A stretch of DNA of 64,000 nucleotides. It comes from an uncultured Bacilli bacterium. Its GTDB lineage: Bacteria; Bacillota_I; Bacilli_A; RF39; UBA660. The stretch spans positions 43,840-107,839 of the forward strand of contig CANROU010000002.1 of assembly GCA_947632325.1 (NCBI GenBank), given 5' to 3'. Each line of letters starts with the position of its first letter. Within the stretch, counting starts at the first letter, position 1. Both the position numbers and the translations under genes were made by a program. Shown one piece after another: positions 46,196-57,298 of this stretch. The notes beneath the pieces are model-generated. The model searched no databases and was not told the DNA's origin. It saw only the letters and a program-made list of their open reading frames with translations.

Positions 46196-48622
46196 ATGAA
46201 GAAAATGTTAGATAAAAAATATAATGCTCAAGAAAAAGAAAATAAATGGTTAGAATATTGGAAAGAAAATAAAATTTATAAATTTAAACCAGATAAACGA
46301 GAAGTGTTTTCTATTGATACTCCACCTCCAACAGTCAATGGTAAGATTCACATTGGACATATTTTCTCATATTCTCAAACAGAGATGATTGCTCGCTATA
46401 AGCGATTGAGGGGATATAATATATTTTATCCATTTGGCTTTGATGACAATGGCTTACCAAGTGAAAGATTGGTTGAAAAAGAACAAGGTAAAAAAGCCCA
46501 TGAAATTGGTCGGGAAGAATTTTCAAAATTATGTTATGAAACAACTGATAAATATGAAGAAGAATTTAAAAACTTATTTAGCAAAATGGGGGTAAGTACT
46601 GATTGGGATATGCATTATAAAACCGTAAGTCCTTCAACTATCAAAATAAGTCAATTGTCTTTTTTGGATTTAACTCATAAGGGACATTGTTACCACAAGG
46701 AGAGCCCTGCTTTATGGTGTAGTGAATGTTTGACATCTATTGCCCAAGCAGAACTTGAAACTAAAACCATAAAAACAACATTTAATTATATTAACTTTAA
46801 AACAGTAGAAACCAATGAAGAATTTACTATAGCTACAACTAGACCAGAGTTACTACCAGCGATAGTTTGTGTATTTGTCAATCCAAACGATGAAGTTCAT
46901 AAATCTTTAATTGGAAAAACAGCACATATTCCCGTAATTAATGTAGATGTCCCTATTATGGCAGATGAGAAAGTCGCTATTGATAAAGGTACCGGCGTAG
47001 TTATGTGTTGTACTTTTGGAGATCAAACAGATATTGAATGGTGGAAAAAATATAATTTACCATTAAAATATATCTTTACTGATGATGGTCGAATTATTGA
47101 TGATGTTCCAAATTATGGTGGTATGAAAATCAAAGAAGCTAGAAAAAAAGTAATCGAAGATTTACAGGATGGTGGCTATGTAGTTAAAATCGAAGAGTTG
47201 GAACATGAAGTACAAACACATGAAAGATGTGGCAGAGAAGTAGAATATTCGGTTATGAAGCAATGGTTTATCGATATTATGAATCATAAAGAAGATTTCT
47301 TAAAAATTGGAAATGAAATTAAATGGTATCCAGAACACATGCATACTAGATATGAAGAATGGGTAAATAATATTGCTTGGGATTGGTGTATATCAAGACA
47401 AAGATATTTTGGCGTACCATTTCCAATTTGGTATTGTAAAAACTGTGGTGAACCAATTTTCGCCAAAGAAGAAGATTTACCTGTAAATCCATTGGTTGAT
47501 AAGCCTAGCATAAGCCAGTGCCCTAAGTGTAAATGTAAAGAATTTATACCTGAAACAGATGTCATGGATACATGGGCTACTTCTTCAGTAACTCCTTTAA
47601 TCAACATGAGATATGGTGAAAAAAATAACTATGAAAATATATTAAAGCCGATGAGTTTGCGAATGAACGCTCATGATATTATTAGAACTTGGGATTTCTA
47701 TACTATTGTAAAGAGTTTCTATCATTTTGGTAAAAGGCCTTGGAATAATGTAGTTATTTCTGGATTTGGATTAAATTCTAATGGTGAAAAAATTAGTAAA
47801 AGTAAAAATAATGCAGAGATTACACCGCAAAATTTAATTGATGAATATTCTGCTGATGTGTTACGTTATTGGAGCGCTACTAGCAAATTAGGTATGGATA
47901 GTTATTTTTCCCCTCAAACTATGCTTATTGGTAAGAAATTAATAAATAAAATATGGAATGTATCAAAATTTATTGAAATGCACTTACAAGATTATGAAGA
48001 TAAAGATTTTAAGACTTTTGAATATATTGACAAATGGATTTTAGGAACATTTCAAGAAATGGAAAAGGGCTTTATAAAGTATTTAGATGAATTTGAAGTG
48101 GGTCTTGCCTTAAATACTTTAGAAAAATTCTTTTGGAATTTCTGTGATAACTATATCGAAATAGTTAAGCATAGATTATATAGACCTGAAGAATTTGGCG
48201 CAATTCCAAGATATTCAGGGCAAAAAACAGTCTATACAATACTCTATAAATTATTACAAGATTTTAGTATTTTCTTTCCTTTTATTACAGAAGAAATATA
48301 TCAAGAATTATATCATGATAAAAAATCAATACATTTAACAGAAATTAAACCTCTTACATTTGATTTTTCTAAAGAAATTAAATATGGAAATGATATAATC
48401 GATATTATTAGTCAAGCAAGAGGTGAAAAATCCAATAAAAATGTTTCATTAAAAACCCCTATTAAGAATTTAGATTTAAGTTTAAATGAAGAATTAAAAG
48501 AGGCTCTAGAATTGTCTATAAAAGATTTTAAAGCTACTTTGTTTATTGAGAAGTTAAATATCAAAGATAGTAAAGATGGTTATTCTGTTGATAAAATAGA
48601 ATTAAATTTAGAAACAGACTAA
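46196..48622 (+). CDS. valS: Valyl-tRNA synthetase, archaeal-like type
   Basis: IDTPPPTVNGKIHIGHIFSYSQTEMIARYKRLRGYN...FGFDDNGLP (HIGH) and GEKISKSKNN (KMSKS). The ORF-track start at 46115 lies inside the T-box; AGAGAGGGA RBS supports ATG 46196. Confidence 0.7.
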   Translation: MKKMLDKKYNAQEKENKWLEYWKENKIYKFKPDKREVFSIDTPPPTVNGKIHIGHIFSYSQTEMIARYKRLRGYNIFYPFGFDDNGLPSERLVEKEQGKKAHEIGREEFSKLCYETTDKYEEEFKNLFSKMGVSTDWDMHYKTVSPSTIKISQLSFLDLTHKGHCYHKESPALWCSECLTSIAQAELETKTIKTTFNYINFKTVETNEEFTIATTRPELLPAIVCVFVNPNDEVHKSLIGKTAHIPVINVDVPIMADEKVAIDKGTGVVMCCTFGDQTDIEWWKKYNLPLKYIFTDDGRIIDDVPNYGGMKIKEARKKVIEDLQDGGYVVKIEELEHEVQTHERCGREVEYSVMKQWFIDIMNHKEDFLKIGNEIKWYPEHMHTRYEEWVNNIAWDWCISRQRYFGVPFPIWYCKNCGEPIFAKEEDLPVNPLVDKPSISQCPKCKCKEFIPETDVMDTWATSSVTPLINMRYGEKNNYENILKPMSLRMNAHDIIRTWDFYTIVKSFYHFGKRPWNNVVISGFGLNSNGEKISKSKNNAEITPQNLIDEYSADVLRYWSATSKLGMDSYFSPQTMLIGKKLINKIWNVSKFIEMHLQDYEDKDFKTFEYIDKWILGTFQEMEKGFIKYLDEFEVGLALNTLEKFFWNFCDNYIEIVKHRLYRPEEFGAIPRYSGQKTVYTILYKLLQDFSIFFPFITEEIYQELYHDKKSIHLTEIKPLTFDFSKEIKYGNDIIDIISQARGEKSNKNVSLKTPIKNLDLSLNEELKEALELSIKDFKATLFIEKLNIKDSKDGYSVDKIELNLETD

Positions 48623-48675
48623 AGATATCTTGTACTTTTTTAAAAAATTAAGTATAATTTCATTAGGTGATAAGA

Positions 48676-48996
48676 ATGGAATATGTGATTATTGGGGTAA
48701 TACTAATTATAATTTTACTAGCTATTTTAAAAGCTAACAGAAAAGATGTCCAAATTGATTTAAATAAACTAGTTGACTTACTTGGAGGTAAAGATAATAT
48801 TATTAGTACGGAAACTAATCTTTCGCGATTTAAGGTAACACTTAAGGATGTTTCTTTGGCTAATAAAGAACAAATTCAAAAACTAGGCGCTAAAGGTATT
48901 GTAGAAATAGATAATCAATTAAAAATTATTTTAGGACCTGAGAGTAAGCAATTAAAAAAATATATTGATGATTTAAAAGAGAATGTTAATAAATAA
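48676..48996 (+). CDS. Small membrane-anchored protein with PTS-EIIB-like fold lacking the catalytic Cys
   Basis: AGGTGA RBS. TM then LLGGKDNIISTETNLSRFKVTLKD, like the EIIB NIxxxxxCxTRLR segment without Cys. Confidence 0.3.
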   Translation: MEYVIIGVILIIILLAILKANRKDVQIDLNKLVDLLGGKDNIISTETNLSRFKVTLKDVSLANKEQIQKLGAKGIVEIDNQLKIILGPESKQLKKYIDDLKENVNK

Positions 48997-49085
48997 AAAG
49001 TGATAAATTTCATCACTTTTTTTCATATTTCGACAAATTTTGACAAACATTTTTCATATGATATTAATAGAAAGAAGGAAAAAGA

Positions 49086-50339
49086 ATGTATTTTGTCGAA
49101 TCTATGGTATTTAATATTATCTTAATATTATTTCCCTTGTTAGTTTATTTGATATATTTAGCTTATTCAAATAATAAACAAATATCTTCTCTTCAGGGAT
49201 TATTTTTTGAAATAGCGGTATTTAGTTCCTTATATTTAATTATGCGTTATGGCATAGTGGAAAAAGCAGGCTTTTCTGTTATGCTTTATAACATACCACT
49301 ACTGATTAGTTATGTTAAAGGTCGTAAATTTATGCCTCTTTTACTATCTTGTATTCTAATATGGTATTATGTGGACGTTATGCAGTTTAATTTTTTCTTT
49401 ATTTTATGTGAATATTTAATCTATTATTGTATATATGTTTATTTAACCCATAAAAAAACGACTAAATATTATATCATTAATAGTTTTGTCTTGATAAAAT
49501 CAGCTATATTAGCTTTTGAAATTTTCTCTTTTGTTAATCCGTATGCCAGCTTTATGGATAACTTTCTACATGTTTTAGCGGTAACTTTAACATTTTATGT
49601 TATGACTTTCATAATATTTTATCTATTAGAAAAAGGGGAAGAGATAATGAACTTAAATAGTACAATGAAGCAGTTAGAAAAGGAAAAATTGTTAAGGGCT
49701 TCGTTATTTAAAATTACGCATGAGATCAAAAATCCTATTGCTGTATGTAAAGGGTATTTGGATATGTTAGATATCAATAACGAAGAAAAAATAAAAAAAT
49801 ATATTCCTATCGTTAAGCAGGAAATCGCGCGTACTTTAATTTTAATGGATGATTATTTAGATTATACTAAGATTAAAATAGCTAAGGAAGAAGTTGATTT
49901 ATATTTACTGTTAGAAGAGACTTATCAGTCTTTAGGAGCTTTATTCAAACAACATAAAATTAAGGTTGATGTTAAGATACCTGATGATGAGTTATATATT
50001 GATCTAGATTATAATCGAATTAAACAAGTTTTAATTAATTTATTTAAAAACGCTATGGAAGCTAAGAAAGATGATGATCAAGAGATGATAATTAAACTTC
50101 GAGTAAAAAAATTAAAAACCAAAGTTGTTATTACAATTGAAGACAATGGTAGGGGAATGGATGATGAAACATTAGACCAAGTTGATAAAATGTTCTTTAC
50201 TACCAAACAAAAGGGTAGTGGTTTAGGTGTTAGTTTATCTAAAGAAATAATAGAATTACATAATGGCACTTTACAGTATGAATCATATTTAGGTAAAGGG
50301 ACCAAAGCTATTATAAAATTACCTTTAACTACTAATTAA
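49086..50339 (+). CDS. Orphan sensor histidine kinase with 5-6 TM sensor domain
   Basis: H-box ITHEIKNPIAVCKGYLDML, N-box LINLFKNAMEA, G-boxes DNGRGMD / GSGLGVS. No response regulator adjacent. Confidence 0.75.
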   Translation: MYFVESMVFNIILILFPLLVYLIYLAYSNNKQISSLQGLFFEIAVFSSLYLIMRYGIVEKAGFSVMLYNIPLLISYVKGRKFMPLLLSCILIWYYVDVMQFNFFFILCEYLIYYCIYVYLTHKKTTKYYIINSFVLIKSAILAFEIFSFVNPYASFMDNFLHVLAVTLTFYVMTFIIFYLLEKGEEIMNLNSTMKQLEKEKLLRASLFKITHEIKNPIAVCKGYLDMLDINNEEKIKKYIPIVKQEIARTLILMDDYLDYTKIKIAKEEVDLYLLLEETYQSLGALFKQHKIKVDVKIPDDELYIDLDYNRIKQVLINLFKNAMEAKKDDDQEMIIKLRVKKLKTKVVITIEDNGRGMDDETLDQVDKMFFTTKQKGSGLGVSLSKEIIELHNGTLQYESYLGKGTKAIIKLPLTTN

Positions 50340-50371
50340 AAAAAAACAAATAATTGCTTTTTTTTAAACTT

Positions 50372-50590
50372 TTAATAATAATAGTATGGATAATATGGAT
50401 AGAAATGGTTATAATAATATGGATAAGGAGCATAATAAGGATAAGGATGATTAGCAAATGTCGCACCAGTTATGCCACCTAAAATAAATGGAACAATAAA
50501 ATTACCACCAAAACGATTGTTATAATAAGCTCTTCTATTTCCATACATAACTGTGTTTTGACGGGGTATATTATAAAATGATGTATGCAT
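50372..50590 (-). CDS. Tyr/Pro-rich mini-protein with one hydrophobic segment (72 aa)
   Basis: AAAGGAG RBS. C-terminus HPYPYYAPYPYYYNHFYPYYPYYYY. Confidence 0.4.
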   Translation of the reverse strand: MHTSFYNIPRQNTVMYGNRRAYYNNRFGGNFIVPFILGGITGATFANHPYPYYAPYPYYYNHFYPYYPYYYY

Positions 50591-50648
50591 AAATTACTCC
50601 TTTCTAGTAATATTTTATGCACTATTAATCATATGGTGAGGTGAAATA

Positions 50649-51770
50649 ATGGAAGAAAAAATTAAAAAACTAGCTCATACAATTGTTAACTATTCATTAG
50701 CTTTAAAGGAAAATGAAAAAGTCCAGATAATTTATCAAAGTATGGAATGCAATGATTTAGTTAAAGAATTAATCAAAGAAATTCATCAAGTAGGAGCACT
50801 TGTATCATTAAGATTGATTGATCCAGTAATGGATAACTTTCTCTTAAAATACGCTAATGATCAGGATATTGATTTATTAGAACAATATCGTAAATTTGAA
50901 AATGACCATTTTGACGCGTTTATTCAACTACGTTATAATATCAATGATTATGAAGGTAAACAAGTAAGTTCATACACTTTAGGGAAAATGAATAAACAAT
51001 TAACTAATGTTCAAAGTGTTAGAATTAATGAACGTAAATGGGTATTGTTAAATTATCCTAGTTTACTTGACGCTTACAAAGCACATATGCCTATTGCGGA
51101 TTTTAAAGAATATGCCTTGGATGTTATGACTGTTGATTATCGTAAGATGAGTGATGATATAGAACCTTTAAAAAAATTGATGGAACAAACTGACAAAGTT
51201 CGTATTGTATCTTGTGATACAGATATTACTTTTTCTATTAAAGGCATGAAGGCTATACCTTGTACTGGAGATAAAAATATTCCTGATGGTGAAATTTATT
51301 GTGCTCCAGTTAAAGATAGTGTAAACGGTACTATCACGTATAATACACCTAGTCCTTATCAAGGTAATATTTATCACCATGTTTCTTTAACTTTTAAGGA
51401 TGGCAAAATAGTTAAGGCTACTTGTGATGAAGATGATGATGCATTAAATAAAATATTTGACACTGATGAAGGAGCTCGTTATGTTGGTGAATTTTCTTTT
51501 GGTTTTAATCCTAAAATATTATATCCAATGGGAGATATTTTATATGATGAAAAAATTTTAGGGAGCATTCACTTTACTCCCGGCAAAGCTTATCATGATA
51601 GTTATAATGGTAATGATTCTGGTATTCATTGGGATATGGTCTTAATTCAACGAGAAGATTTTGGTGGCGGTGAAATTTATTTTGATGATAAATTAATACG
51701 AAAAAATGGTCTGTTTGTTTTAGAAGAATTAAAACCCCTTAATTATGAATTAAATAATAATAAACAATAA
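50649..51770 (+). CDS. M29-family aminopeptidase (AmpS/PepS-like)
   Basis: N-terminus LAHTIVNYSLALKENEKVQI and overall M29 pattern. Confidence 0.65.
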   Translation: MEEKIKKLAHTIVNYSLALKENEKVQIIYQSMECNDLVKELIKEIHQVGALVSLRLIDPVMDNFLLKYANDQDIDLLEQYRKFENDHFDAFIQLRYNINDYEGKQVSSYTLGKMNKQLTNVQSVRINERKWVLLNYPSLLDAYKAHMPIADFKEYALDVMTVDYRKMSDDIEPLKKLMEQTDKVRIVSCDTDITFSIKGMKAIPCTGDKNIPDGEIYCAPVKDSVNGTITYNTPSPYQGNIYHHVSLTFKDGKIVKATCDEDDDALNKIFDTDEGARYVGEFSFGFNPKILYPMGDILYDEKILGSIHFTPGKAYHDSYNGNDSGIHWDMVLIQREDFGGGEIYFDDKLIRKNGLFVLEELKPLNYELNNNKQ

Positions 51771-51781
51771 ATCATCATGAT

Positions 51782-52702
51782 TTATTGTTTAATTAATCTA
51801 AAAAAGTTAATACTGGGTCTATCTAGAAAGCGAAAAGGAATATTCCAGGTTCCAATGCCACTTGATATAAATAATTTAGTATTTCTTATTTCATAGAAGC
51901 TATCATAATATTTTTTAGCTCCTTTTTTTCTTTGCACAGCGCCTATATAAGGTAGACGTATTTGCCCATTTAGAGAATGTCCAGCTAGAGCTAAATCTGT
52001 TTTATATTTACTTAAAACATAATCTAAACAATCTGGTTCATGTAAAAGAGTAATCGTAAAAATATCAGGATTATTGTTAGGATCATTAAAATAGGCAAAG
52101 CCACTATCAATATCTTGTTTACCAGCTATATTACTATTAAGACCAACTAATAAAACAGCATCATAACCTTCATTATATAATAATTCAGCCTGATTATTTA
52201 AAATAGTAAAATTACTAGTGGTCATGATATTGGTAAATATTTCTTCATTATCCATATCACCCATGATGGCATATTTTCCTATATTAGAATCAATACTTGT
52301 TAAATAGGTAATTAACTTTTTTTCTTGATCTTTGGTTAATGATTTTTTTTGATCGATTAAATCACCTGTAAAGACTACTAAATCAGGATGACGTTTATTT
52401 ATCTCTTTTACAAGTTCTTGCATTTGCTTATCATTAATATTATTACCATAATATAAATCTGTAAAATGAATTATTTTAAAACCATGAAAATTAGTGGGAA
52501 TTAATTTAGAATTAATATTAGTTTCCTTAATAATTAATCGTTTTGTACCAATGAAAGCAGAATAAGCGATCAACATAATACAACAACTTACTATGATTAA
52601 CAGTGTTTTAAAAATGATTAAGCCAATATTTTTGGTTTTTTCTTTGTTTGCTATTTTTTTTAGTTCTTTTTGTTTTTTGATACTTTTTTCTTCTCTTGTC
52701 AT
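51782..52702 (-). CDS. Membrane-anchored calcineurin-like metallophosphoesterase (YkuE-like)
   Basis: GDLID, GDMDNEE and GHSLNGQ metal-ligand blocks. N-terminal TM. Confidence 0.65.
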   Translation of the reverse strand: MTREEKSIKKQKELKKIANKEKTKNIGLIIFKTLLIIVSCCIMLIAYSAFIGTKRLIIKETNINSKLIPTNFHGFKIIHFTDLYYGNNINDKQMQELVKEINKRHPDLVVFTGDLIDQKKSLTKDQEKKLITYLTSIDSNIGKYAIMGDMDNEEIFTNIMTTSNFTILNNQAELLYNEGYDAVLLVGLNSNIAGKQDIDSGFAYFNDPNNNPDIFTITLLHEPDCLDYVLSKYKTDLALAGHSLNGQIRLPYIGAVQRKKGAKKYYDSFYEIRNTKLFISSGIGTWNIPFRFLDRPSINFFRLIKQ

Positions 52703-52712
52703 AACGCACCTA

Positions 52713-53411
52713 TTAAAACCTTATAAATGATAGTAAACTAGGTAATATTGATAATAATATTAAAATCGTATTATGAAAAAAATGCATGGACATAGAGGTA
52801 AATACCGTTTTAGTTTTTTGATACATAAGAGCAAAAGCAATACCTAAAGCCGAATAGGGAATGATATAAAGAAAAGATAGAATATTACTAGATGATGCCA
52901 CATGGAGAAAACCAAAGAAAATACCAGAGGTAAGAACGAAAGCCCATTTGTTAGGTATCATATCCCTAAAAGTTTTGCGAAAGCAAATCTCCTCTATAAT
53001 GGGAGCTAATACACCGGCGTTTATTAACATTATCCACGGTGAAATATGAATCAGATTTTGAACACTTTGTTCATTTGAAGCAATATCATGAACTACTAGG
53101 TAACGTAAAATAAGATTAGATATTACCATAACACCTAAACCTAATAACCAATATTGAAAGCCAATATCCACATTATTGCGAAAATCATCTTTAAATATTT
53201 TCCATTCTTTTTTAAGATCTTTGTAATATAATAATAGTAATACAATAGCTAACATTAAACTAGCAAAACATTGCAATAAAACATTGGTGTTAGCTGAAGC
53301 ATTTTTAATATTTATTTTAAATAAAAAAATAGGAATATAGGTAAAATAATCACTATAAAAAAATAAAAATAGAGTTAATATACCCTTTATATAAATCGGT
53401 GCTCTTTTCAA
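52713..53411 (-). CDS. CPBP-family intramembrane metalloprotease (CAAX protease-like)
   Basis: EEICFR, FGFLH and HFFHN motifs. Confidence 0.7.
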   Translation of the reverse strand: MKRAPIYIKGILTLFLFFYSDYFTYIPIFLFKINIKNASANTNVLLQCFASLMLAIVLLLLYYKDLKKEWKIFKDDFRNNVDIGFQYWLLGLGVMVISNLILRYLVVHDIASNEQSVQNLIHISPWIMLINAGVLAPIIEEICFRKTFRDMIPNKWAFVLTSGIFFGFLHVASSSNILSFLYIIPYSALGIAFALMYQKTKTVFTSMSMHFFHNTILILLSILPSLLSFIRF

Positions 53412-53550
53412 ATTATCACATCCTAAAAAAATAATAGCATAATTTAATAAAAATTTAAAGAAAAACGTTGGTAAAATTCAACTTTTATGTTATACTTGTA
53501 GTAGAAAGGAGTGGGATTACCCACTCTTTGATGTTTCTAAAGGAGGTATT

Positions 53551-53811
53551 ATGAAAGATAAAGTTATTGAACTTATTACTCCTAAGATAAGTCATCTTAA
53601 CATGATAGTAAGTGATGTATACATTGAAAAAGAAGAGGGCAATACTTTTTTGAAGATTGAATTAGATAGTGATAGTATAATTGATTTAAATCGTATTGTG
53701 GAAGCTTCAAATATCATTAATCCTATTATGGATAAAGAAGATTTGATAGATGAAAGTTATATTTTAGATATTTATGCGAAAGAGAAAGGTGAAGTAAATA
53801 ATGAATGCTAA
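53551..53811 (+). CDS. rimP: RimP-like ribosome maturation factor, N-terminal domain only (86 aa)
   Basis: Position directly upstream of nusA with 11-nt overlap. N-domain pattern LITPKISHLNMIVSDVYIEKEEGNTFLKIELD. Confidence 0.5.
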   Translation: MKDKVIELITPKISHLNMIVSDVYIEKEEGNTFLKIELDSDSIIDLNRIVEASNIINPIMDKEDLIDESYILDIYAKEKGEVNNEC

Positions 53812-54904
53812 AGAATTTTTAAATGCTGTTGATTATATCGTTAAGGAAAAAAATATTGATAAGGATATTGTTTTTGATGCTATGGAATTAGCTCTAACGT
53901 CAGCTTATAAGAAAAATTTTAATGCTAAAACTAATGTTAAAGTGTTAATTAATCGTGATACAGGAGATATTAAAGTATATTCATATTTAACAGTAGTAGA
54001 TGATAATTTTGATGAAAATAATAGTGAAGTTGATGAAAATGGTGTAATGCTAAATCCTGAGACAGTTATAAGATTAAGCGATGCACGTAAACAGGATAAG
54101 AGTTTAAATGTAGGTGATACTATCGATACTGAAGTTACACCTCATGATTTTGGACGTGTGGCCGCCTCAACTGCTAAACAAGTTATTATTCAAAAAATTC
54201 GTGAAGCTGAAAGAAATAGCATTATGGCTGAATTTGGTGATAAGCAAGATGAATTATTAATTGGAACAGTTGCTTTAGAAGATACGGACAATTATTTTAT
54301 TAATTTAGGTAGAACTAATGGAATATTACCTAAAAAAGATATTATCCCTGGTGAAAAAATTGAAATGGGTAGTCAAATAAAAGTTTATGTTAGCAAAGTT
54401 GATAATAATGGTAAAAGTTTGCTTATTCTTCTTAGTCGTACACATTATGGATTTTTAAAACGTCTTTTTGAACTGGAAATTCCAGAATTAAGTGACGGTA
54501 CAGTTATGCTTTACAGTGTAGCGCGTGAAGCTGGAGTACGAAGCAAGGTAGCTGTTTATTCTGATAATCCTAAAGTTGATCCCGTTGGTGCTTGTATTGG
54601 GGAAAAAGGTAGTCGCATCAATCAGATTATGAAAGAGATACATAATGAGAAAATAGATATAATTCGTTATGATAAAGATCCAGCTATTTTTATTGAAAAT
54701 GCTTTAAGTCCCGCAAAAAATTTAAAAATTGCCATTACTGATCCTAAGAAACAAGAAGCTTTAGTTATTGCGGATGATGATAATTTCTCTTTAGCTATTG
54801 GTAAAAAAGGGCAAAATGCTAAGTTGGCTAGCCGTCTAACCCATTATAAAATCGATATTAAAAATTATGAACAAGCCAGAGAACTTGGTATTAATTTTAA
54901 ATAG
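53801..54904 (+). CDS. nusA: Transcription termination/antitermination factor NusA
   Basis: S1 and tandem KH domains (GPVGACIGEKGSRI). Confidence 0.9.
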   Translation: MNAKEFLNAVDYIVKEKNIDKDIVFDAMELALTSAYKKNFNAKTNVKVLINRDTGDIKVYSYLTVVDDNFDENNSEVDENGVMLNPETVIRLSDARKQDKSLNVGDTIDTEVTPHDFGRVAASTAKQVIIQKIREAERNSIMAEFGDKQDELLIGTVALEDTDNYFINLGRTNGILPKKDIIPGEKIEMGSQIKVYVSKVDNNGKSLLILLSRTHYGFLKRLFELEIPELSDGTVMLYSVAREAGVRSKVAVYSDNPKVDPVGACIGEKGSRINQIMKEIHNEKIDIIRYDKDPAIFIENALSPAKNLKIAITDPKKQEALVIADDDNFSLAIGKKGQNAKLASRLTHYKIDIKNYEQARELGINFK

Positions 54905-54912
54905 GAGATATT

Positions 54913-55179
54913 ATGAAAGTTAAAAAAATTCCCTTAAGAACTTGTGTTGTTACTAAAGAGAAATACCCTAAACAAGAACTTTTACGAATAGTAAAAGATA
55001 AAGATAATCATGTTTTTGTGGATCCCAGTGGTAAAGCTAATGGACATGGAGCATATATTAAAAAAGAATTGGAAGTAATAGAAAAGGCTAAGCAAAAAAA
55101 GATACTCGATAAATATTTAGAATGTATAGTTCCAGAGTCTATTTATGAAGAAATAGAAAATATAATTAATAATAAATAA
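54913..55179 (+). CDS. ylxR: YlxR/RnpM (DUF448) RNA-binding protein
   Basis: PLRTCVVTKEKYPKQELLRIV motif; nusA-infB operon position. Confidence 0.8.
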   Translation: MKVKKIPLRTCVVTKEKYPKQELLRIVKDKDNHVFVDPSGKANGHGAYIKKELEVIEKAKQKKILDKYLECIVPESIYEEIENIINNK

Positions 55180-55201
55180 AAGAAAAGAGAGGTGATTTAG
55201 C

Positions 55202-57298
55202 ATGATGAGTATTTTAGAATATTCTATAGATGTTAATAGTACGGTTGATAAAATATTTGCCATGTGTGATAAGTTATCTATTCCCTACGAAGATGAAAAT
55301 ACTTCTTTATCAGAAGATGATATTGTTTTATTAGATAATGAATTACAGGAACAAGAATTAATAGATGAAGAAGAAAGTTTAGATGAGAAAGTCGATAAAA
55401 TTGTTAGTGATGCTAATATAGATTTAGATGTTCCTGTTAAAAAAGAAAAAGTTAAAACTAAAGTGGAAATAAAAAACGAAGCTAAAAAAGATTTTCAAAA
55501 AGAGCGGAAAAAGATTTACAAACACCGAGAAAAATTACAAAGCAATTTGGAAGAAGATAATGTTATATTATATAAAAATAATATGACTGTCGCAACATTA
55601 GCTACTGAATTACATGTGGCACCGACAGAATTAATAAAAAAATTAATGGGTTTAGGTGTTATGGCTAATTTAAATCAATCGCTTAGTTTTGAAGAAGCTG
55701 AATTGTTAGTAGTTGATTATAATAAACAGTTAAAGAAAGAGGAAACTAGAGATATAGCGGATTTTGAAAATTATGAAATAATCGATGATGAAAAAGATTT
55801 ACAACCAAGACCGCCAGTGGTAACTATAATGGGACATGTTGACCATGGTAAAACTTCTTTGTTAGATAGCATTAGAAAAGCTAATGTTGTCGATAATGAA
55901 GCGGGAGGTATTACGCAAGCCATAGGTGCTTATCAGGTTGTGCATAATAATCAAAAAATCACTTTTATTGATACACCAGGGCATGAAGCTTTTACAGAAA
56001 TGCGGGCTAGAGGAGCTAGCGTTACTGATATTGTTATTATTATCGTGGCAGCGGATGATGGGGTAATGCCACAAACTAAGGAAGCAATCGATCATGCTAA
56101 AGCGGCTAAAGTACCTATTATTGTGGCTATCAATAAAATAGATAAACCAAATGCTAATCCCGATAAAATATTAACAGAATTAGTAGAATATGGTCTAACT
56201 CCAGAATCTTGGGGAGGCGATACAATTGTTAGTAAAATTTCAGCTAAAACGGGTGAAGGCATTGAAGATTTATTAGAAAACATTTTATTAGTAGCGCAAA
56301 TGCAAGAATTAAAAGCTAATCCATCACGTTATGCCTCTGGTGCTGTATTAGAATCACGAGTTGATAAACAAATAGGAACTGTTGCCTCTTTATTGATTCA
56401 AAATGGTACTTTGCGTTTAGGAGATCCTATCGTAGTTGGTACATGCTTTGGTAAAGTTAGAACCTTAAAAAATGATAAGGGTCAAAATATTGTGGAAGCT
56501 CTACCAAGCACACCAGTGGAAGTAACCGGTTTAACAAATCTACCTTTAGCAGGGGATAAATTTATGGCTTTTGAAACCGAAAAACAAGCTAAGCAAGTAG
56601 CTAGTGAGAGACAAGATCGAGCACGAGCACAAGATACTAACCGTACAGGTATGACTTTAGATGATTTGTTTGGTAAAATCGAAGAAGGTATCAAAGAAAT
56701 AAATGTTATTTTAAAGGCAGATGTTAATGGTAGTGAGCAAGCAGTTAAAAGCTCTTTGGAAAAAATAAATGTATCTAATACTAAAATTCAAATTATCCGT
56801 AGTGGCGTTGGTACAATTAGTGAAAGTGATGTGGTTTTAGCTAACGCTTCTAATGCCATTATTATCGGTTTTAATGTCCGTCCAAGTATTAAGACAGTTG
56901 AATTAGCTAAAGAGTATGGAGTAGATATACGTTTATATGATATCATCTATAAAGTTGTCGAAGATATGGAAGCTGCGATGAAAGGTTTGTTAGAACCTGT
57001 TTATGAAGAAAAGGATCTAGGGCAATTAGAAGTAAGACAAATCTTTAAATTTTCTAAAGTAGGTTTAATTGCGGGATGTCATGTTCTAAGCGGTAGTATT
57101 AAAAATAACAGTCAAGTTAGAATAGTTAGAGATGGTATCGTAGTTTATAAAGGACAGGTTAATACTTTACAAAGAGAAAAAGATCAGGTTAAAGAAGTTA
57201 AAAAAGATATGGACTGTGGTTTAACTTTAGATAATTGTCAAGATTATAAAGTAGGAGATATTATTGAAGTATTTGAATTAGTTGAGGTGAAACGCTAG
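55202..57298 (+). CDS. infB: Translation initiation factor IF-2
   Basis: G-domain [24 protein letters not shown]. 698 aa. Confidence 0.95.
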   Translation: MMSILEYSIDVNSTVDKIFAMCDKLSIPYEDENTSLSEDDIVLLDNELQEQELIDEEESLDEKVDKIVSDANIDLDVPVKKEKVKTKVEIKNEAKKDFQKERKKIYKHREKLQSNLEEDNVILYKNNMTVATLATELHVAPTELIKKLMGLGVMANLNQSLSFEEAELLVVDYNKQLKKEETRDIADFENYEIIDDEKDLQPRPPVVTIMGHVDHGKTSLLDSIRKANVVDNEAGGITQAIGAYQVVHNNQKITFIDTPGHEAFTEMRARGASVTDIVIIIVAADDGVMPQTKEAIDHAKAAKVPIIVAINKIDKPNANPDKILTELVEYGLTPESWGGDTIVSKISAKTGEGIEDLLENILLVAQMQELKANPSRYASGAVLESRVDKQIGTVASLLIQNGTLRLGDPIVVGTCFGKVRTLKNDKGQNIVEALPSTPVEVTGLTNLPLAGDKFMAFETEKQAKQVASERQDRARAQDTNRTGMTLDDLFGKIEEGIKEINVILKADVNGSEQAVKSSLEKINVSNTKIQIIRSGVGTISESDVVLANASNAIIIGFNVRPSIKTVELAKEYGVDIRLYDIIYKVVEDMEAAMKGLLEPVYEEKDLGQLEVRQIFKFSKVGLIAGCHVLSGSIKNNSQVRIVRDGIVVYKGQVNTLQREKDQVKEVKKDMDCGLTLDNCQDYKVGDIIEVFELVEVKR

